From contig JADZFZ010001118.1 in assembly GCA_020854145.1 (NCBI GenBank), positions 14,067 to 78,066 of the forward strand: a stretch of DNA of 64,000 nt. The letters run 5' to 3'. Below, piece after piece: positions 50,760 through 59,864 of the stretch. Below the pieces are notes generated by a model. The model was not told where the DNA came from. It did not search any database and saw only the letters and a program-made list of their open reading frames with translations. A program made the position numbers and the translations under genes. Origin of the DNA: Deltaproteobacteria bacterium. Its GTDB lineage: Bacteria > Myxococcota_A > Polyangia > Polyangiales > JADZFZ01. The first letter of the stretch is position 1, and every line of letters begins with the position of its first letter.

Positions 50760-51943
50760 CCCGGTGGACGGAATCGCCAGCTCGCACAGGGGAGTTGCCT
50801 CCGAACGAAAGGCACAAGCCCACGCTGAGTGGCCAACACCTCCTGGTGGGCGTCACACGCCCAGCCGACGCGCTCGATTGGGCCCAATTGGGCGCCCAGG
50901 TAGGGACTCCCGGCGGCGCGTCGAGACCGACCACGCCGAAAGCCAAAGATGCACTCGTGCGAACAGACTGCACCGCAGATCTCGCAGTGTGCATGGGGAC
51001 CCGGTGGCAGAGCGTCAGGGTCAGAGGACACCGGAGGGCAGCAATTCGGCCACGCCGCCGGCATACCCATCACCGGCAAGGAGGGCGCGCGCCTGGGGCG
51101 ATGAAGCGCGATACCGCCCCTGTCCAAACGCCCCTTTGGGTCCGAATCACCTTGCCCAACGGCCCCATTCGATGGGCCGGCAGACGGCCGACTGTCCGTC
51201 CAACTGCCAGCAGGGGTGCGCCCGCCTCGGTCCGACTGCGATTGCTCGGCACTCGGCTCGACCTCTCGAAACGGTCTGCTGAGACGGTCCTTTGCCTTCT
51301 GTAGCTTAAACGCGGTCGTACGCAGCGCCCGAGCTAGCGCAGCCGCCTCCGGGCTCTCGCGAACACCGTCGGCGCGTCGCCGAACACTGGTCTTGCGCGA
51401 GGCCTCGTGGTCCCAATAATCGTCAAGGCCACCAAGCAGCGTCGTGATGCTCCGAAAGTGGTTTCCCCGGCCCGACGACGTCCGAGTGGCCTCCAGCCAA
51501 GCCAGTGCACGATCGAGTTCTCCGCGAAGCCCGGGATACTCGCGACGGACGATAGCGACGGACAGCCTAGCAATTACCATCACTCCTGTGTCCGCGCCCT
51601 CGCCCCACAACTCCTCCACCAGCCTCCACACATCCACAAGTTGCTGTCCAGGCTTGGGCCCTCTGGCGCTCTCGAGGGGCGCGCCGGGAACCTCCATCGT
51701 GTAGGCCACCCGGATCGCGGGCGTCTCTGGTCTCGCTGCGAACCTCCAGGCAACTCCAACGAACGTGCCTATCGCACCCGCGATACTCCAGTTTCCAGAA
51801 CGGCGCACAAAGGGCACGATCCCACCGGAACTAGCCTCCGCGCCCTCCTCCGCGGTGGTCCCAGCGTGCGGCGCGCCGCTATCGCCTCCCCCACCGGCCT
51901 TAGCGACAAATGTGTCTGTTGAACAATCGTCTGACTTCGACAT
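50753..51943 (-). CDS. Hypothetical protein (396 aa) with one hydrophobic segment and a C-terminal Cys/His cluster
   Basis: Long ORF in a lower-G+C stretch. Motifs WSIAGAIGTFVGVAW and HAHCEICGAVCSHEC...WACDAH. The C-terminal third is less protein-like. Confidence 0.45.
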   Translation of the reverse strand: MSKSDDCSTDTFVAKAGGGGDSGAPHAGTTAEEGAEASSGGIVPFVRRSGNWSIAGAIGTFVGVAWRFAARPETPAIRVAYTMEVPGAPLESARGPKPGQQLVDVWRLVEELWGEGADTGVMVIARLSVAIVRREYPGLRGELDRALAWLEATRTSSGRGNHFRSITTLLGGLDDYWDHEASRKTSVRRRADGVRESPEAAALARALRTTAFKLQKAKDRLSRPFREVEPSAEQSQSDRGGRTPAGSWTDSRPSAGPSNGAVGQGDSDPKGRLDRGGIALHRPRRAPSLPVMGMPAAWPNCCPPVSSDPDALPPGPHAHCEICGAVCSHECIFGFRRGRSRRAAGSPYLGAQLGPIERVGWACDAHQEVLATQRGLVPFVRRQLPCASWRFRPPGL

Positions 51944-52011
51944 TGTGCTCTCCTACAGCGCCATTGCGAGCAACGTATGTTGTTGCTTCTTTTGGCGTGT
52001 AAGGAGACAAT

Positions 52012-52233
52012 ATGACAACAAACGCGAAGCAATGCCAATCCATGCTAAGAGTAGTCGAGGCCGCCGCCCGAACCGGGCTGTCGCCCGCAACTATCTACCG
52101 GATGATGAGGAGTGGACAGCTGCGTGCTTGGACCGTCGCTGGACGAGCGCGTATCGCAGCGGAAGACCTGGACGAGCTGTTCACACCAGTCCTGCGACCC
52201 GCAAACGACGGGCGGAAGGGTGCGGCGGAGTGA
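52012..52233 (+). CDS. AlpA/excisionase-family HTH regulator
   Basis: AAGGAG RBS. Translation MLRVVEAAARTGLSPATIYRMMRSGQLRAWTVAGRARIAAEDLDELF. Confidence 0.7.
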   Translation: MTTNAKQCQSMLRVVEAAARTGLSPATIYRMMRSGQLRAWTVAGRARIAAEDLDELFTPVLRPANDGRKGAAE

Positions 52234-52361
52234 GGGGGCCTGGCGCGTCTCTTCGCGAATAACGCTGCACTGAACGGTGCGGCGAGAGACTGGGCTCCAA
52301 AAACTGCGCGAGCCGGGGCACCGCCCGACCCGCGCTGCACAACCCCTACTGCTGAGGGATC

Positions 52362-53021
52362 ATGTACACCTACTCTGTTTCTCATGTCGAAAATGCGCAA
52401 CCACATGCCAGTCCGGCTCCGACGGCGAACGCCGCCGTGTCGTCCGCCCCGCTCCTGTCCGCAGATCACCTAGCGTTCCTCGCGGCTCGGGGCATCTCGC
52501 CGGACCTCTCGGCGAGCGCCGAGCTGTACTCGGTCGACCCGCAGCAAGCCTCGGAGCTACTGGGGGACACCGTCGCGTCCTGGGGCATCGCCGTCGCATG
52601 CTGGATCTCCGACGCGTCAGGACTGGGGCACCGGGAGATCTGCTGTGTCCGGCTGGACCACGTCGCGCCGGGAGAGGCGCACTGCGCGCGCCCGCGTGGG
52701 AGGCCTCGTCCCACCTACCTCCCGACCGTCGTGACCCGAGAGACATGGCGCGATCCCACTGCTGAGCTGGTCGTGGTCGACTCGCCCATCGCAGCGCTAG
52801 CCCTGGCAGCCGCCGGAATCGCGGCTCTCGACATTGGCGACGACGGTGCGCCGAGCGTCGAGTGGCGCGGGCGGCGCGCCACTCTCCTCTACAGCGGCCG
52901 CCGGGCGTGGAACGCGGACGTCGCTCTGCGTGAGGTGCGGGTCGCCCGCGACCTCCTGGGACGCGGCGCCAAGGTGCTAGTCGCGGAGCTGCCAACCCTG
53001 GAGCGAGGAGGTGCGCTGTGA
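52362..53021 (+). CDS. DUF3854/Toprim-like domain protein (primase-associated)
   Basis: Motifs LSADHLAFLAARGISPD and LVVVDSPIAALALAAAGIAALDIG. 4-nt overlap with the helicase gene. Confidence 0.6.
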   Translation: MYTYSVSHVENAQPHASPAPTANAAVSSAPLLSADHLAFLAARGISPDLSASAELYSVDPQQASELLGDTVASWGIAVACWISDASGLGHREICCVRLDHVAPGEAHCARPRGRPRPTYLPTVVTRETWRDPTAELVVVDSPIAALALAAAGIAALDIGDDGAPSVEWRGRRATLLYSGRRAWNADVALREVRVARDLLGRGAKVLVAELPTLERGGAL

Positions 53022-55267
53022 GTAAGCCCATCCCGTCGCTTCCGGTTGCCTGGTCGCCGCGCGGTCGAGACGATCTCTGCCCCGATGACCTGGTCGCCCA
53101 GTCCAGCGTGGAGCGAGTCCGAGGGCTCCTGGCGGTAGCTCGTCCCGCCACGGCGCGGGAGCACGCCGTGGCGGTCCTCGAGCGCGAAACCGATCACGAG
53201 CGCAGGAGCGCGCGTGCGCGCGAATTGCTAGATGATCTGCCGTACGTGGCAGCGCTCGCCCTCGAGGACCGCGCCGAACGCGAACGCGCCATCAAACTGC
53301 TGACGAAGAGAACGAGCGTCACCAAGGCTGCAGTCGAGGAGCGCCTACAGGCGTTCGAGCGCGCGACCGAGGGCCAAGACTCGGACGAGGGACAGGGACA
53401 GGACGGGAGCACCCACCCCGCCGTCGACAGCGTCAGCCTCGAGGCCGGCTGGCTCTGCGCGACAGGCCACCGCGGGAAACCACTGCGGCTGGCTAACTTC
53501 GACGCGCGGATTGAGGCGGAGGTCACGCACGACGATGGTGTTGACCGTCGGAAGCGCTACCGCATCACAGGCAGCCTCCTCGCGACGGGCGAGGCACTCG
53601 AGGCAGTAGAGGTGCCCGCCGCAGACTTTTCTGCGATGAAATGGGTACACCCAGCCTGGGGCGCACGTGCGGTGGTCGGTGCTGGTCCTGGCGTCGGAGA
53701 CAGGCTGCGCGAGACGATCCAGCTCCGCTCCACCCCGACCCGCGAGACAGTCTACTCGCATCTCGGCTTCCGGAAGGTCGATGGCGTCTGGACCTATCTC
53801 GATGTCGGGGGCAGCGCCTCGAGCGTAGCGGCGCGTGTCGAGGTGCCGCACGATCTACGTCGGTTCCAGCTGATCCGCTCCACTGCTACCGCGGCCGATG
53901 CGCTGCGTGCGTCGATAGGGATCCTGGCGTGCGCACCGCTGGCGATCACTGTCCCGCTGCTCGGTGCTGTGTACGCTGCACTCCTCGCGTCCATCCTCCC
54001 GATCGACGTGGTGCTCTGGCTGTTTGGGCAGTCGGGCACTCGGAAAAGCAGTCTCGCAGCGATCGCACAGGCGCACTACGGCTCGGCGATGATTGACCGC
54101 CGTAACCTCCCGTGCTCCTGGACGTCGACGGCCAACGCGCTCGAGGAGACCACGTTCCTCGCGAAGGACGCGCTGGTCGTGTGTGACGACTATGCGCCGG
54201 CCTCGAGCGCAGCTGCGCGCCAAGAGCAAGACGCGAAGGTGGAGCGCATCGTGAGGAACGCGGGCAACCGGGCTGGACGACAGCGCATGCTCGCAGACCT
54301 GAGCCTCGCACCGGCACATCCACCACGATGTCTCCTCCTCTCGACCGGGGAGGATGCGCCGAGGATTGCCTCGATCCGCGCGCGCACCTTGCTGGTCGAG
54401 GTGCAGGATGTCGACCTGAATGCCCTGTCTGCGGTGCAGCGGTACCCCGAACTCCTCCCGCACGCCCTCGCCGAAGTCGTCGCCTCGATCTGCGGTCACT
54501 ACGATGCGTGGGTGGCGTACGCGCGAAGCCAGCAGGCCGAGGCCACCAGGAACCTATCGGCGCGGCTCGGCCCCAAGGCGCACTCCCGCACCGCGGGCAA
54601 CGTCGCGCAGTTGTACGTCGGCATCCTCTTGGTGAGCGACGTCGCCAACCAGGCGGGTGCTCTCGATGCCGCCGAGAGAGACCGACTCCGGAACGATGCG
54701 TTCGAGGCGCTCGTCGCTGTCGGCCGGCGACAAGCCTCGCTCGCCGAGGACGAGTCGCCCGCGGAGCAGTACGTCCGGACGCTCAGCGGCCTACTTGCAT
54801 CGGGTGCTCTCTGGCTCGCCCCACGGAGCGCGAGCGTGGCGGCGGAGCCTCCCCGCGGCGCCAGGACGGTTGGGTGGCGTGACGACGAGTGGGGGTACGT
54901 GCTGCCTACGGTCGCTTGGGAGGAAGTCAGTCGCGCGCTGAAGGTCAGTGGCGCCGGCCTCCCGGTCTCGCCTCGCATGCTCTATCAGGAGATGCTCGCC
55001 CGAGAATGGCTGGTAGCCGATCCCGACGGCAAGCACCAGGGCCGTGTCCTGAACGTCGGAGGCAAGTCGAAGCGTGTGTTGAAGCTCCCGATCGAGGTGC
55101 TTGAGGGTGCTCCTGGGAGCGACGCCGAACGCATCGAACCCGGGCCGAGTACCACAAGTACCAGTTCCACAGTGGAGGGGAGATCTACCGACCAATGCGA
55201 TGTACGAGACGATGCCGTGAGAACTCGTTGGCAGCGATGCCTTGCGCGAGACTCTCCTACCTCTTGA
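53018..55267 (+). CDS. DUF927-type replicative helicase/initiator
   Basis: 749 aa. Walker A LFGQSGTRKSS and Walker B-like ALVVCDDY. Confidence 0.8.
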   Translation: MSKPIPSLPVAWSPRGRDDLCPDDLVAQSSVERVRGLLAVARPATAREHAVAVLERETDHERRSARARELLDDLPYVAALALEDRAERERAIKLLTKRTSVTKAAVEERLQAFERATEGQDSDEGQGQDGSTHPAVDSVSLEAGWLCATGHRGKPLRLANFDARIEAEVTHDDGVDRRKRYRITGSLLATGEALEAVEVPAADFSAMKWVHPAWGARAVVGAGPGVGDRLRETIQLRSTPTRETVYSHLGFRKVDGVWTYLDVGGSASSVAARVEVPHDLRRFQLIRSTATAADALRASIGILACAPLAITVPLLGAVYAALLASILPIDVVLWLFGQSGTRKSSLAAIAQAHYGSAMIDRRNLPCSWTSTANALEETTFLAKDALVVCDDYAPASSAAARQEQDAKVERIVRNAGNRAGRQRMLADLSLAPAHPPRCLLLSTGEDAPRIASIRARTLLVEVQDVDLNALSAVQRYPELLPHALAEVVASICGHYDAWVAYARSQQAEATRNLSARLGPKAHSRTAGNVAQLYVGILLVSDVANQAGALDAAERDRLRNDAFEALVAVGRRQASLAEDESPAEQYVRTLSGLLASGALWLAPRSASVAAEPPRGARTVGWRDDEWGYVLPTVAWEEVSRALKVSGAGLPVSPRMLYQEMLAREWLVADPDGKHQGRVLNVGGKSKRVLKLPIEVLEGAPGSDAERIEPGPSTTSTSSTVEGRSTDQCDVRDDAVRTRWQRCLARDSPTS

Positions 55268-55270
55268 GAA

Positions 55271-55302
55271 GTGGTAATGAGGTAATGGTAGTAATGGTAA
55301 GA
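55271..55302. repeat. Iteron-like GTAATGG repeats just after the helicase stop
   Basis: The sequence gtGGTAATGaGGTAATGGTAGTAATGGTAAGag carries copies at 55273, 55281 and 55291. It is locally A/T-rich. Confidence 0.9.
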
Positions 55303-55429
55303 GTCCCGACGCGGGGGAACATGCACGAGCGGGTGACCAATTGCCAGGAAAGCCGGGGCTCGGGACACCGTCCCGGCCCGTGACACCCACGACACCTCCC
55401 AACTTGCGTCACAGAGCGCGAGGCGACCG

Positions 55430-55753
55430 ATGGAACCGGAACCACATCAGCACGGAAGCCGCCGATCCAACACGGCGAATGAAACGCTCGGAACATTGGA
55501 TAGGCGTGATCCCCGAATCCTTGGCGCCATGGCGGCGCTTGCCGCAGCTGCAAGGCGACTCACAGCGCTGAAGCGGAAGGGAGCCAAGGCGCAGCACCTC
55601 GTGGACGAAGCCGTCGGGTGCCTTCGCACGTTGGGTGTGCCGTGGCGCCGGATTACCCACGCTGTGGCCCGGGCAACGGGCCAGCCTGCCGACCAGGAAC
55701 TGCGACAGTGCCTACGTAAGCGCGAGTCCCGTCGCCGGCACAGACGCCGCTGA
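55430..55753 (+). CDS. Possible small basic protein (start uncertain)
   Basis: The C-terminal 75 aa are moderately protein-like (MAALAAAARRLTALKRKGAKAQHLVDEAVGCLRTLGVPWRRITHAV). Weak support. Confidence 0.3.
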   Translation: MEPEPHQHGSRRSNTANETLGTLDRRDPRILGAMAALAAAARRLTALKRKGAKAQHLVDEAVGCLRTLGVPWRRITHAVARATGQPADQELRQCLRKRESRRRHRRR

Positions 55754-56057
55754 CAGTGGTGGGATGTGAGCCCGGAGTCGGGGTGGAAGCCGCCGTCTGC
55801 CCGCGTCACCGGGTGCGCGGAGGCCAATAACCGGCTGACCACCCGAGAGGCGTTCCTCGTTCCCCCATCGAGACTATCACATCAAGAGTACGCACTCAGC
55901 GCGAGGAGTCTCATTGCGACGGCGTGGCTCGCATCAGGACGCAAGTCGAACCAGCCAAGAATTCGGTGACAGCCGTCACGCAATTCCACTCGACCCGACC
56001 CGTGGACGCTGGCCAATCGGACGGCGGGGCGATATTGACTCCTTCATAGGAGGCACA

Positions 56058-56222
56058 ATGCCAAGGATTATCCGCCGGAAGACAACGACTGTCGAGTGGT
56101 TCGAGAAGAACGTCGACGAGGACGACGACGTGAGCGAGGCTGAGGCCGACGGCGACGACGACGATCTCGACGACGACGATCTCGACGACGATCTCGAGGA
56201 CGACGAGGAAGACGACGAGTGA
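56058..56222 (+). CDS. Hyper-acidic 54-aa protein
   Basis: AGGAGG RBS 5 nt before ATG 56058. Translation MPRIIRRKTTTVEWFEKNVDEDDDVSEAEADGDDDDLDDDDLDDDLEDDEEDDE. Confidence 0.6.
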   Translation: MPRIIRRKTTTVEWFEKNVDEDDDVSEAEADGDDDDLDDDDLDDDLEDDEEDDE

Positions 56223-56225
56223 TCG

Positions 56226-57023
56226 ATGTTGCCGTGCTTCGCTCGAGCGGGACCGCGCCCGTCGGCCGAGACCGATGAAGTGACGGTGGTGCTAGAGCGC
56301 CTGGACCCCCGATCGTCGAGGCGCACGATGGCGTCGGCGATGGATCTCATCGCCCGAACGCTGAGCAATGATCAGTTGCTTACAAGGCACTCACTCGCGT
56401 GGGCGCGGATCAGCTCGCCGGTCGGCAACTACGTTCTACGTAGGCTTGCAGATCAGGGGTACTCCCGAACTACCGTCGCACGCTGCGCATATGCGCTGCG
56501 TTCCATGCGACGGCTGTACCCCGATCTACCGCCGCTCGAGTTGGAGCCGCTTCCCGTCACGCAGCCGGCAAGCCGTGTCGTTCAGCCCGTCGGCTACGCT
56601 ACGCTTGGCCGGCTGCGTGACGGCTGCGACGACGGGACCCCTCTGGGGTGCCGGGATGGTCTGGTGGTCGAGTTGCTGCGCGAGAAACTGAGCGCAGGCC
56701 AGATCGTCCGCCTCCGACTCGGCGATTGGGAGGACCGGAAACTCGTTGTCCGGCTGCCGAAGTCAGTGCGTCGCATTCGGCTCGCGGACCCGACGATCGA
56801 CGCGATGGAGGCGTGGGTCGCGCACCGCGGCCCGGAGGACGGTCCGCTGATCGCGCCGGTCCGTCGCCACACCGGCGCGCCGGTGCTTCGCGCCCTCCGA
56901 CCGGAGGCGGTCGGCGAGATCCTTCGACGTCGCGCACGCCTCGCCGGGCTCGCGCGGGTGCCCAGGGTGGTAGACGTCCGCGGTCCAGCTCTTCGAGCCG
57001 GTTGCCACGATGGGCAAGGCTAG
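56226..57023 (+). CDS. Tyrosine-recombinase-like protein lacking the C-terminal HxxR/Tyr region
   Basis: SAM-like N-domain (YSRTTVARCAYALRSMRRL) and the first half of the catalytic domain (LSAGQIVRLRLGDWED...VRLPKSVRRIRL). Ends before any HxxR...Y. Confidence 0.6.
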   Translation: MLPCFARAGPRPSAETDEVTVVLERLDPRSSRRTMASAMDLIARTLSNDQLLTRHSLAWARISSPVGNYVLRRLADQGYSRTTVARCAYALRSMRRLYPDLPPLELEPLPVTQPASRVVQPVGYATLGRLRDGCDDGTPLGCRDGLVVELLREKLSAGQIVRLRLGDWEDRKLVVRLPKSVRRIRLADPTIDAMEAWVAHRGPEDGPLIAPVRRHTGAPVLRALRPEAVGEILRRRARLAGLARVPRVVDVRGPALRAGCHDGQG

Positions 57024-57112
57024 GCGCAAGGTCGCGCACAGCCTCGGATGTTTCCTTTCGACGCCAGGGCGTCAAACCCAGGAAGGCGCGGCGCGCCAGA
57101 GCGGAATGCCAA

Positions 57113-57991
57113 ATGACTGCACTGCGTATTGCACTGGTACAGGCGGACGCCGGAGGGGATTGGTCCCTGAGGATAATGCCTACGTATCTGAAGGTTGCCG
57201 CCGACCTCAAGGCTGATGTCGTCGTGTTCCCCGAGACTTTCCCCTTCTGGCGCGACAAGTGTCTGGCCCCGAGCACGGCAGAAGCGCACAAGGCGCTCGC
57301 GTCGGTCGATTGCCCGCCAGGCGTCGCTTTCGTTGCGGGTGGGTACGTGTCCTTCTCTGACGGATTGGGTAATGCGGTGTTCCACGTTCACGGGGGGGTC
57401 GTGTCGTACACATACAGCAAGCGAACGCCGTGGCGAGGCTTGGGGAGGGATGAGAACTCTTGGCCTTACTTGACTATCCCGGGGGTGGACCGCTCCACCA
57501 TTTGGAGCTGGCCATCTGGGTCTTGCGTGCCGCTGATCGGCGCTGACATCTACGGGTCCGAAGACGCCGCCTATGGTGCGCACCTGGACTGGGTGCGACG
57601 TGCGCTCCAATGCGCGGTGCCGTCGAAGCCGGACGTCTTCCTCGTGTCGGCAAGGGCGAACTACCCGAGCGACGGGAGGTGGCCGAGCCGCCTCCTCGAG
57701 GTGGCCGGAAAGGCACAGATTCCGGTCGTGTTCTGTAACGCGGTTGGGCCCGCCGAGCAGGGCTTCGGCGGCGGGGGCAGCGCGGCCTATTTCCCGGACG
57801 GCACGACGGATCCTCCGACTCCGCCGGCTGGTCCCGGGGTCTTCGTTGTCGAAGTTCCGAAGCGAAACTGGGGCTCTCCGGCGGAGGGCTGGTGTTGGCG
57901 CCCGGAATTTCCCAATCCGCAGGATCAGTGGGCGGGCGCTCCTAAGCCACCCCCCCGCGGCAATCGGGAACTGCCCCCCAAACGGCCGTGA
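57113..57991 (+). CDS. Carbon-nitrogen hydrolase (nitrilase superfamily)-like protein, catalytic Cys position apparently Gly
   Basis: Translation MTALRIALVQ...VVVFPETF (Glu), YSKRTPW (Lys). PLIGADIY sits where the family has l-I-C-y-D. Confidence 0.7.
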   Translation: MTALRIALVQADAGGDWSLRIMPTYLKVAADLKADVVVFPETFPFWRDKCLAPSTAEAHKALASVDCPPGVAFVAGGYVSFSDGLGNAVFHVHGGVVSYTYSKRTPWRGLGRDENSWPYLTIPGVDRSTIWSWPSGSCVPLIGADIYGSEDAAYGAHLDWVRRALQCAVPSKPDVFLVSARANYPSDGRWPSRLLEVAGKAQIPVVFCNAVGPAEQGFGGGGSAAYFPDGTTDPPTPPAGPGVFVVEVPKRNWGSPAEGWCWRPEFPNPQDQWAGAPKPPPRGNRELPPKRP

Positions 57992-58257
57992 CGCAGACGG
58001 CGCGCGAGTCAGCGCGCCTGGGTGGCCTCCGCAGATCCGCATGCAAGCCGCTCGATGTCGTCGGGCGGAGGAGCACCTGTCACGGTAAACAGAAGCCTAC
58101 CGTGGTCGTTGCCGAGATCTCTGTCGTTGACGCCGACGAGGAGCTGGCCGTGGAGGTGTGCGAGGAATTCCAGCAGGGCTCCGGCGGGGCGCCGTCCGTT
58201 ACGCTGATCGCCCGCACGCCCGGACCGGAGCCGGGTAATACGACGGCGGAGCCGTGA
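57988..58257 (+). CDS. Small hypothetical protein (89 aa), coupled to the nitrilase-like gene
   Basis: GTG overlaps the upstream TGA. Translation KPTVVVAEISVVDADEELAVEVCEEFQQG. Third-position G/C bias is shared with a mirror minus-strand ORF, so the call is uncertain. Confidence 0.4.
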   Translation: MTQTARESARLGGLRRSACKPLDVVGRRSTCHGKQKPTVVVAEISVVDADEELAVEVCEEFQQGSGGAPSVTLIARTPGPEPGNTTAEP

Positions 58258-58904
58258 GGTGCACCTTGCAGCTCGCGGTGCTCGAGCCCAGCAGGGGCCA
58301 GGGAATCGGGGGAGGCGTAGGAAGCGAATGTCCAGTTCGGCCGCACGGTGTCGAACAACACGGACGACTCCACGGCCGGGGTCGCGCCTGATGAGTCCAA
58401 CGTCATGCGAACGAAGGGCGTGGCCGGTGCGTCGGCGGGCGCTGGAGAGGACGAAAGCGCCGAGAACGCCGAGAGCGCCGAGAAGAGTGGGCCGAGAGCG
58501 GGATGCGCCAGGCCCAGCAGCCCGGCAATCGCCTCGGTCGATTAGGCGTCTCGCTCCGCGGTGGCCGCGGAAGGATCCTGGTTCCAGGTTCCTCCGGACA
58601 AGAGCGTCTCCGAAATACGGGCCGACTCTATGCTGACGAGCACCCAGCGATTCGACATTCCACCGGCGGTAGAGCATCCCGAAGGAACGACGGCCAGCGC
58701 CCATCCGCACGCGCTCCTCACTGCCGCCCCAGTCCCCCCGACGATACCACGACCCGCCGGCCGGCTCAGAAGTGTCAGTGGTGCCGTCGCCGACGATCGT
58801 GTCGGGGTTTCTTCATGCAAGTCGGACGGGCGCCGAGGCGTCCAGCCCGGGCGATCGTTCCCAATCGGCACCCGAGGGTCGCAGGCAGCTCCGACGCAAC
58901 GACC

Positions 58905-59864
58905 TCACTTCTTCTCGTATTCGTCGACCAAGAGACGGGCGGCCGCATCTCCGACTTCGCGGGCGGCATCGTCGTAAAGTTCGGTCGACCGACTGCTCTT
59001 GTGGCGTCCGAAGTGCTGCGCCGTTCGGAGGTTCCCAGTGGCGTTGAGCACTGCCGTAATCGCGGAGTGGCGAAACGAATGCGGGTGCACGACGACGCCG
59101 ACGCGCGCGCCAGCCTCGCGAATGATCTGGAAGATCGCGCTGCCAGTCAGCCGCTTGCCTTTGCTGGCGGAATGAACGCCGCAGAACACCGGTCCGGGCG
59201 CGTCACCGCGGATCCGAAGCCACGCGACGAGCGCCGCCTCGGTCGCGGCAGGCAAGGACCAAGTCTCAAACTCGCCCTCTCGCTGACCTTTGAGGCGCAT
59301 GGACACTTCGTGTTTCGCGAGGTTGACGCGCTCCCGGTCGAGGGACATCACGGAACCCCGTCGGACGCCGAGATCGCTGAGCAGCCTGAGAATCGCGAAA
59401 TTGCGCACGTCCCGCGGCGCGCCGGCAGCCGCTGCTTCTCGAGCCTTGTTGAGCATGTCACGCACGACGCCGAACGCCGGTCCCTTCGTGTTGTAACGGA
59501 CGCGAGTCCCGGGGACTTGCGCCACGTCGAGATGCCAGTCCACGACGCCCAATTCCCTTCCCACGCCGACGACCGAACGGATTGACGCCAATCGCCGATT
59601 GACCGTCGGGGGACTCAACCCGCGCGCGATCATCGCGTCTCGGTAGTCGCCCACGGCGGCGTTGGCGTCGCCACGCGCGAGCGACAAGAGTCGCATGACG
59701 GCTCGTGTCGAATCTCGCTCCCCCATGAAGGCGGCGAAGTGCTGAAGGTCTTTCCGGTAGGCGCTAATCGTCTCGCGGCTCTTCTCAGTCTCGAGGCGCG
59801 CCATGAGTTGCCCCAGCCGCGACTGGGAGTCCGGCGGCTCCCACCGACTGATTGAATCCGCCAT
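58905..59864 (-). CDS. Tyrosine recombinase, XerC/D-like, apparently intact
   Basis: SAM-like N-domain (ETISAYRKDLQHFAAFM). Motifs ILRLLSDLGVRRGSVMSLDRE, HPHSFRHSAIT and GRHKSSRSTELY. Confidence 0.85.
   Translation of the reverse strand: MADSISRWEPPDSQSRLGQLMARLETEKSRETISAYRKDLQHFAAFMGERDSTRAVMRLLSLARGDANAAVGDYRDAMIARGLSPPTVNRRLASIRSVVGVGRELGVVDWHLDVAQVPGTRVRYNTKGPAFGVVRDMLNKAREAAAAGAPRDVRNFAILRLLSDLGVRRGSVMSLDRERVNLAKHEVSMRLKGQREGEFETWSLPAATEAALVAWLRIRGDAPGPVFCGVHSASKGKRLTGSAIFQIIREAGARVGVVVHPHSFRHSAITAVLNATGNLRTAQHFGRHKSSRSTELYDDAAREVGDAAARLLVDEYEKK

Noticed and set aside
56226-57023. Functional third integrase
   Set aside because: The ORF ends before the HxxR box and the catalytic Tyr, and no continuation is seen in any frame downstream. 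It is treated as a recombinase-derived DNA-binding protein or pseudogene, not an active integrase.
58080-58406. 108-aa minus-strand ORF overlapping 57988..58257
   Set aside because: It shares third-codon positions with the plus-strand gene, so G/C bias cannot discriminate. Its overlapping half is Ser/Thr/Pro low-complexity, while the plus-frame product is more protein-like and start-coupled to the nitrilase-like gene. The N-terminal 50 codons (58260..58406) could still be part of a decayed minus-strand gene.
58503-59585. Plus-strand ORFs (360 aa, 138 aa) and minus-strand ORF 58542..58871 near the Xer-like gene
   Set aside because: The long plus-strand ORF is antisense to the well-supported recombinase. 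In 58561..58860 a hand count shows no codon-phase G/C bias, so no gene is called there.
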